A DNA stretch of 64,000 nucleotides from the NCBI RefSeq assembly GCF_000485595.1, contig NW_014577061.1:596922-660921 (forward strand). Reading direction: 5' to 3'. Below are positions 58,603 through 64,000 of this stretch, one piece after another. The DNA comes from Priapulus caudatus. Its lineage: Eukaryota. The notes beneath the pieces were generated by a model. That model had not been told where the DNA came from. It did not search any database and saw nothing but the letters and a program-made list of their open reading frames with translations. Every line of letters begins with the position of its first letter. Position 1 is the stretch's first letter. Made by a program: the position numbers and the translations under genes.

Positions 58603-61600
58603 ATGGCGTCTTCTGCTACAGAGAAATACTATGAGTATATTGTGGTTGGCTGTGGTGGCATTGGAAGTGCAACTCTATACTGGCTGTCTACTCGTAAAGG
58701 GGTTGGTGAGTTTAAAATTTTTTATTTATTTAAAAATTTCACCCCCAGCAGATTACCAGGTAAACTGTCAGAGCCGATTTATTAATATAGCCTAGTAGGC
58801 AAATGGGGTTCCCATGTAAGAATGTAAGAGCCCCTCACAGTTCGGAAGGGATGATTTATAATAGAGAATTATAATGAAATTATAATAAAGATTAAATTGG
58901 TTACAACCCAAAAACGTCACTTGTTTGTGAGTAAAATAACAACGCATGAAATGAAATATAAGAACTAAAAACAAAACTTGAATAAAAATAGCGCATTTTA
59001 TTCTTGATAATTATTTATAGTGTGTATTCATTATTTTCAGATGTTTTAGGGCTAGAACAATTTAAACTAGGTCATGATAATGGTGGATCACAAGATTACT
59101 CTCGTATAATGTGAGCATTTATAAAATGTCTATATACGTACATGACTACTATTTACTTAATCATCAATTTCACTGCTGGTTTCTAAAAGTACATCACAAG
59201 TGTAAGGGGACTTTCATTTGAACGATTAGAGGTAAATAGTCAGCATTGTCAGCAGTTTGATTTATGGCTAAAGCACGTGTATACAGGTAAAGTAATTGAT
59301 ACAATTACTTGCTGAATCGTGCATACTTGTCCTTATAGTCGAATGATGTACCATGACACCAAGTATACGAAACTTGTGAAGGAAGCTTATAAATGGTATG
59401 TTAGAAATCATCGAATTCACGTAGTTAATTATTGCTAACGATAGTAAAATAATACTGCATGAATAGAATCATACAAGTGATTATCAAAGACAGGGCACGA
59501 AGGTACACAGACCTTTTTTCGAAGTGAAATTTGACTGTTTAAAATTTAAAGTGAAAATTAATGTGAAAATTGAAGTGAAATTTGTTGTTTAAGTGCATTT
59601 AACAAATACCATCCACAGCAAAGTGGTTATCTAACTGACGTGGCGAGTTAAACATTGTTTGTTCGCCTGAAGCTGGGAGGAGGTGGAGGCCGAATCTGGC
59701 CTGCAGATCCTTTATAAGACCGGCGGTGTGCAGTTTGCCGTGAAGGGCACGCCTGGAGAATCTGGTCTCGAGAAGTATGCAGCTGCCGCAAAGGCAGAAC
59801 ATATTGCGTAAGTCTCCAAATATAATCGCCGTTCTCACTGAGCGAGGTGCTATGTGTGCGGCGAGTAACACCGTTTATTATATGCCCCTGTCCGCGCACA
59901 ACGCGGTGAAACACGCAATGGTTCATAATGTGCTCGTGCGTGCGTGCGTGCGCAAAAATTGCAGCCCCCTTATAGCGTAGACAATCGTGCATTGATATAT
60001 AGCGGTTGTGTAACGTATTGCGGTAACGAGACGTCGGCTTTTATCATCTCGATATGCCGTCGACAGTTTGTGTCCTAAAAACTTCTGCTTCTATCCATAG
60101 AGTGTGTGAGTGGTTATAGCTTCATTAGGAATCCTGCAGGTTTGAGAGGGTCTCTGGACAGCAGATAACAGCACGATTTCCTGGCTTTGCGATGGGTTCG
60201 GACGTGGTGGGCTTATACGAGCCGACAGCTGGCCTCGTGGATGCTGCCGTCGGCAATGCCACCCACATACAGCTAGCGCAGGCACACGGGGCAACGGTGA
60301 TTGATTCCTGCCCCGTGCTGAAGATCGACACGCTGCCTTCTGGCGAGGCAAAGGTGCGGCTATACCTGAATAACCAATTCATACAACGTGAGGAAATGTG
60401 GTCGCATAACAACAATATAATAGTATAGAGCGCTATGCGCTTTGTTGCCGTGAAAATTAATTGCAAATTTTAAATCTTGCTGTGCCTAAGCGTTTGTAGT
60501 AGGCTACATTTGGAGTTAGATTACGATGTTAAACAGTTGCTCGCAAGGTGAGTTAAACCAATAATAATATTTGCAAATCTCAGGGGATCTAGAGGTCAAT
60601 ACAGTTTGAGGCATACTTTAGTATTAAATTTATAAATTACAAATGTAGAGATGGCTACATAATTTGTCAGTGCCGCTTCTACTTCACAGAGAAACGAGAC
60701 AGTTTATAACCTACTTACTCTTGTAACAGGTGTTCACCACCAGGGGGCAGTTCCGTTGCAGACGAGTTATCATTACTGCTGGTGCATGGATCAACAACGT
60801 TCTTGGCACTGTTGGCATTCACATTCCCGTCTCTGTGACCCAGGAGCAAGTCACCTACTTTGCTACGCCCAATATGAAACTGTACACAAAGAGCCAGTTA
60901 GTAGTTCAGTCTTCTTTCTGATTGCTGAGCACCGCCATGGTAGATGGTGCATGTAGACATTTTCTCGTTGACCTTGGCCTGTGCTTTTCTCACTTGAAAG
61001 TTATGCATTTAGAGGTGCATATATTTTTAGATCACTTTTAACTTTAATTGTTCTTGCCAATCTTGGATCCGAGTAAAGATAATAGCGAATAGATTTACTT
61101 AGCGGTCACGCTGTATGTATGGCGAATTTATGCAGGAAGAATTTCACTGCCGGGCAATTAATTACTTACAGTCGTAACAATGAACAATCGGTGCAAAACT
61201 ACCGAATGCAGGTTTCCTATATTCATATATATCGGCGAGAAAGACGTGTACGGCATACCGATTCACGGCAACACTGGCATGAAGGTAGGTCTCGATGCTG
61301 ATGGACCAACAGTCAGCGCAGAAACCAGATCCTTTACTCCCGACTCGAAACGTGAGCAGACGTGTCTGGACTTCGTGCGCAGATTCATGCCGAAGGTAGG
61401 CTGTATACTCATTACAGCTTGTGCTTGAAGAAATACACTGCTAGCTGTCCCTTGTGTGAAAATGTTTGGATGAGTGGTTTGCTTCAATTTACTGTCGTTG
61501 TGCATCATTACAAAAGGCAGTACCAAGCAGGTTTAATTAGTTTATATTGTTCACGTGTGACTTGGAAACGAAGAAGAAAATTACGGTTTATAAGCGACTT

Positions 61601-62107
61601 CCTAATCCTCACAATGATTGCATCTGGTTGACATATATAGGCAGAGGGTCCCATGCTATATAGCAAGACATGTCTGTACACCATGACGCGTGACAGACAC
61701 TTTGTGGTTGACACCCTAGCAAGAGAGGGGAGGCATCAAATAGTAGTGTGTTGTGGAGCTGGGCACGCTTATAAGTAAGTTGTTCTCCATCTCGTAGCAC
61801 AGTTGGAGCTTCTGGCATCGAATTCACAGAAATTTCGTTACACGTGTAACTTAACTTTAGCAAGTTAAACCCCTCATCACAGTTGTACAATGTTGTATAT
61901 GATTTAAGGTAATACCCATTCTAGTCTAAATAATTTATGTGTTCCAGGTTTGCATCTATACTTGGCAAAATTCTGAGCGAGTTGGCAATAGATGGCAGCA
62001 CCAACTATGACATATCCGGATTCGGTCTGCGCAGACGTGCGATAACGGATCCAACATTTAAAGCTCAGCATCACATGGCAGTAGAAGAGCAAAAATCGAA
62101 ATTGTAA
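58603..62107 (+). CDS. Monomeric sarcosine oxidase / L-pipecolate oxidase-like flavoprotein, peroxisomal; exons 58603-58705, 59041-59110, 59339-59395, 59673-59807, 60140-60353, 60730-60896, 61212-61395, 61641-61774, 61948-62107
   Basis: FAD-binding VVGCGGIGS; LEQFKLGHDNGGSQDYSRII; IITAGAW; covalent-flavin motif TCLYT; GAGHAYKFASILGKIL; C-terminal SKL. Confidence 0.93.
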
Positions 62108-63614
62108 GGCGACTAAGTTGGAATCTAGAAAATTCCACATTAATATATGGGATCCACTGAAGATANNNNNNNNNNATATATATATATAGATCCATGAGAT
62201 CAAGAGCAGATAAAGAAGATCCTTCTTTATCTGCTCTTGATGAGATGTAACAAACGACAATTTATATATATATATATATATAGATCCATGAGATCAAGAG
62301 CAGATAAAGAAGATCCTTCTTTATCTGCTCTTGATGAGATGTAACAAACGACAATTTTGCCACCTGTACAACTGTACTTGTGTTTTGCCCTGTTGAGTAG
62401 TCCTGTGAGTGCGGTGTTTGTCCTTTGGCACGATTGTGAGTAATTGTGACTACTAAAGATTGCATACATAACTCTGCAAACTCCTATAGCTAGAGCATGT
62501 ATCAGCAATGAACACGAAATATATTCCGTCTCGTTTGATATCGACATGTTACGCGTTATTGGTAGCTAAGCGTAACTTGTGATAATTCAATGTATAGTTT
62601 TGCAATTTCTTTTTTTGATAATGTATTTGGAATGTGAGGTTATTTTTAGTAGTGAAACTGTCACAAAGATTAACTCTAAAATTGTATATGCACATAGTAT
62701 CGTTTTTAGGTTTAAATGTTTGTTAAGTTGTTAAGTTGTTAAGTTACTACAGGGTTAACTATCTTGTTGCACTACGATTGCGTTATGGGCAGTTTATAAG
62801 CGATACTGTTTATCTACATAAGACTGAATTAGAAATATAACAATTAGATTAATATTGTGAATTATTAAACACATGTCGAATTGTTGTGTGGTGTTGCTCA
62901 ACGTGCTATTCATGCGCTAAAAGTACTACACGTAATATGAAGTTGTTCGTTATCAGTGAATTGCTTCGGGGACCTATAGTGAATTCTTGCCATCGACGTA
63001 TCAAGCTAACTTAAACGACTGAAAAACAGGGCCGTTAACAATCCTGCTTGGAAACTAGCGTGTTCGCGAGTAAAGGAAAAACTTTTCATAGATGGACATT
63101 TGCTGTTCACGTATTATCCTGCGTTACGATTGCACAGCCTGTGTAAAGAAGCCGTTTGCGTAAAGAAAGTACTAGTTAAAAACACAATTAATTAAAAAAT
63201 ATACGCAAGCGCGTGTGAGTCCATGCGTGTGTATGCGCGCGTGTGTGTGCCTAACTTCATAACCATTACTGCGACTTGGTGCGATACAAGATATCAAGAG
63301 CGAGTAAACATAATAACGGCACATAATAAAAACGAGAAAACTTACCAATTAACAACTTAATTTTTTTCTCAAAAAATCCTGTACAAAAATTTCATCAGTT
63401 ATTCGATACACAGAGAAACTCACAGCGCCATGCATATACAACCTGTAACACATCTCCGGTCAATATTTTACAAGCAGCTTCTATCCAATCATAAAAATCT
63501 CACCAACATGAATATCTTCCAACAATACAGTGCAACTGCGATCTGTGAATGCTTACAATAGCAGTTTTATGCCGCATAACACCTGTCCAACATGGTACTC
63601 AAGACATCTTAATG

Positions 63615-63617
<3 letters not shown>

Positions 63618-63677
<60 letters not shown>

Positions 63678-63940
63678 GCTCTCTNNNNNNNNNNNNNNNN
63701 NNNNNNNNNNNNNNNNNNNNNNNNNNNNNNNNNNNNNNNNNNNNNNNNNNNNNNNNNNNNNNNNNNNNNNNNNNNNNNNNNNNNNNNNNNNNNNNNNNNN
63801 NNNNNNNNNNNNNNNNNNNNNNNNNNNNNNNNNNNNNNNNNNNNNNNNNNNNNNNNNNNNNNNNNNNNNNNNNNNNNNNNNNNNNNNNNNNNNNNNNNNN
63901 NNNNNNNNNNNNNNNNNNNNNNNNNNNNNNNNNNNNNNNN

Positions 63941-63991
<51 letters not shown>

Positions 63992-64000
63992 TCGCTCGCT
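63618..64000. repeat. (CT)n microsatellite spanning an N gap
   Basis: Direct inspection. Confidence 0.95.

Noticed and set aside
62176..62355. ~90-bp tandem duplication in the oxidase 3' region
   Set aside because: Starts at an N gap and a (TA)n run; most likely a gap-closing artefact.

Overview
Eukaryotic, intron-rich, AT-rich genomic DNA from an invertebrate animal (lineage not determinable from sequence alone), in a draft assembly with N gaps and signs of uncollapsed haplotypes. Five spliced host genes can be reconstructed by eye: SmB/B' (SNRPB, minus strand, exons 2-4 present twice), Cdt1 (plus, 11 exons), a DIPK1/FAM69-family kinase-like gene (minus), HEATR3 (minus, about 15 exons) and a peroxisomal sarcosine/pipecolate oxidase-like flavoprotein ending in SKL (plus). 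Around and inside them lie a dead intron-containing P-element/THAP9-type transposase, a degenerate Gypsy retrotransposon with about 110-bp LTRs, two Helentron-associated-like (HINE) elements and many MITEs. The most notable observations are a U12-type intron in Cdt1, a 32-bp tandem array that multiplies a Cdt1 splice acceptor, six copies of one 7-bp target motif (GGTGAAC) that bracket the P-transposase segment just upstream of Cdt1, a filled/empty MITE pair in the transposase, and 9-bp-TSD Mutator-like mini-elements. I found no clearly novel protein-coding system. All family assignments come from motif recognition, not database searches.
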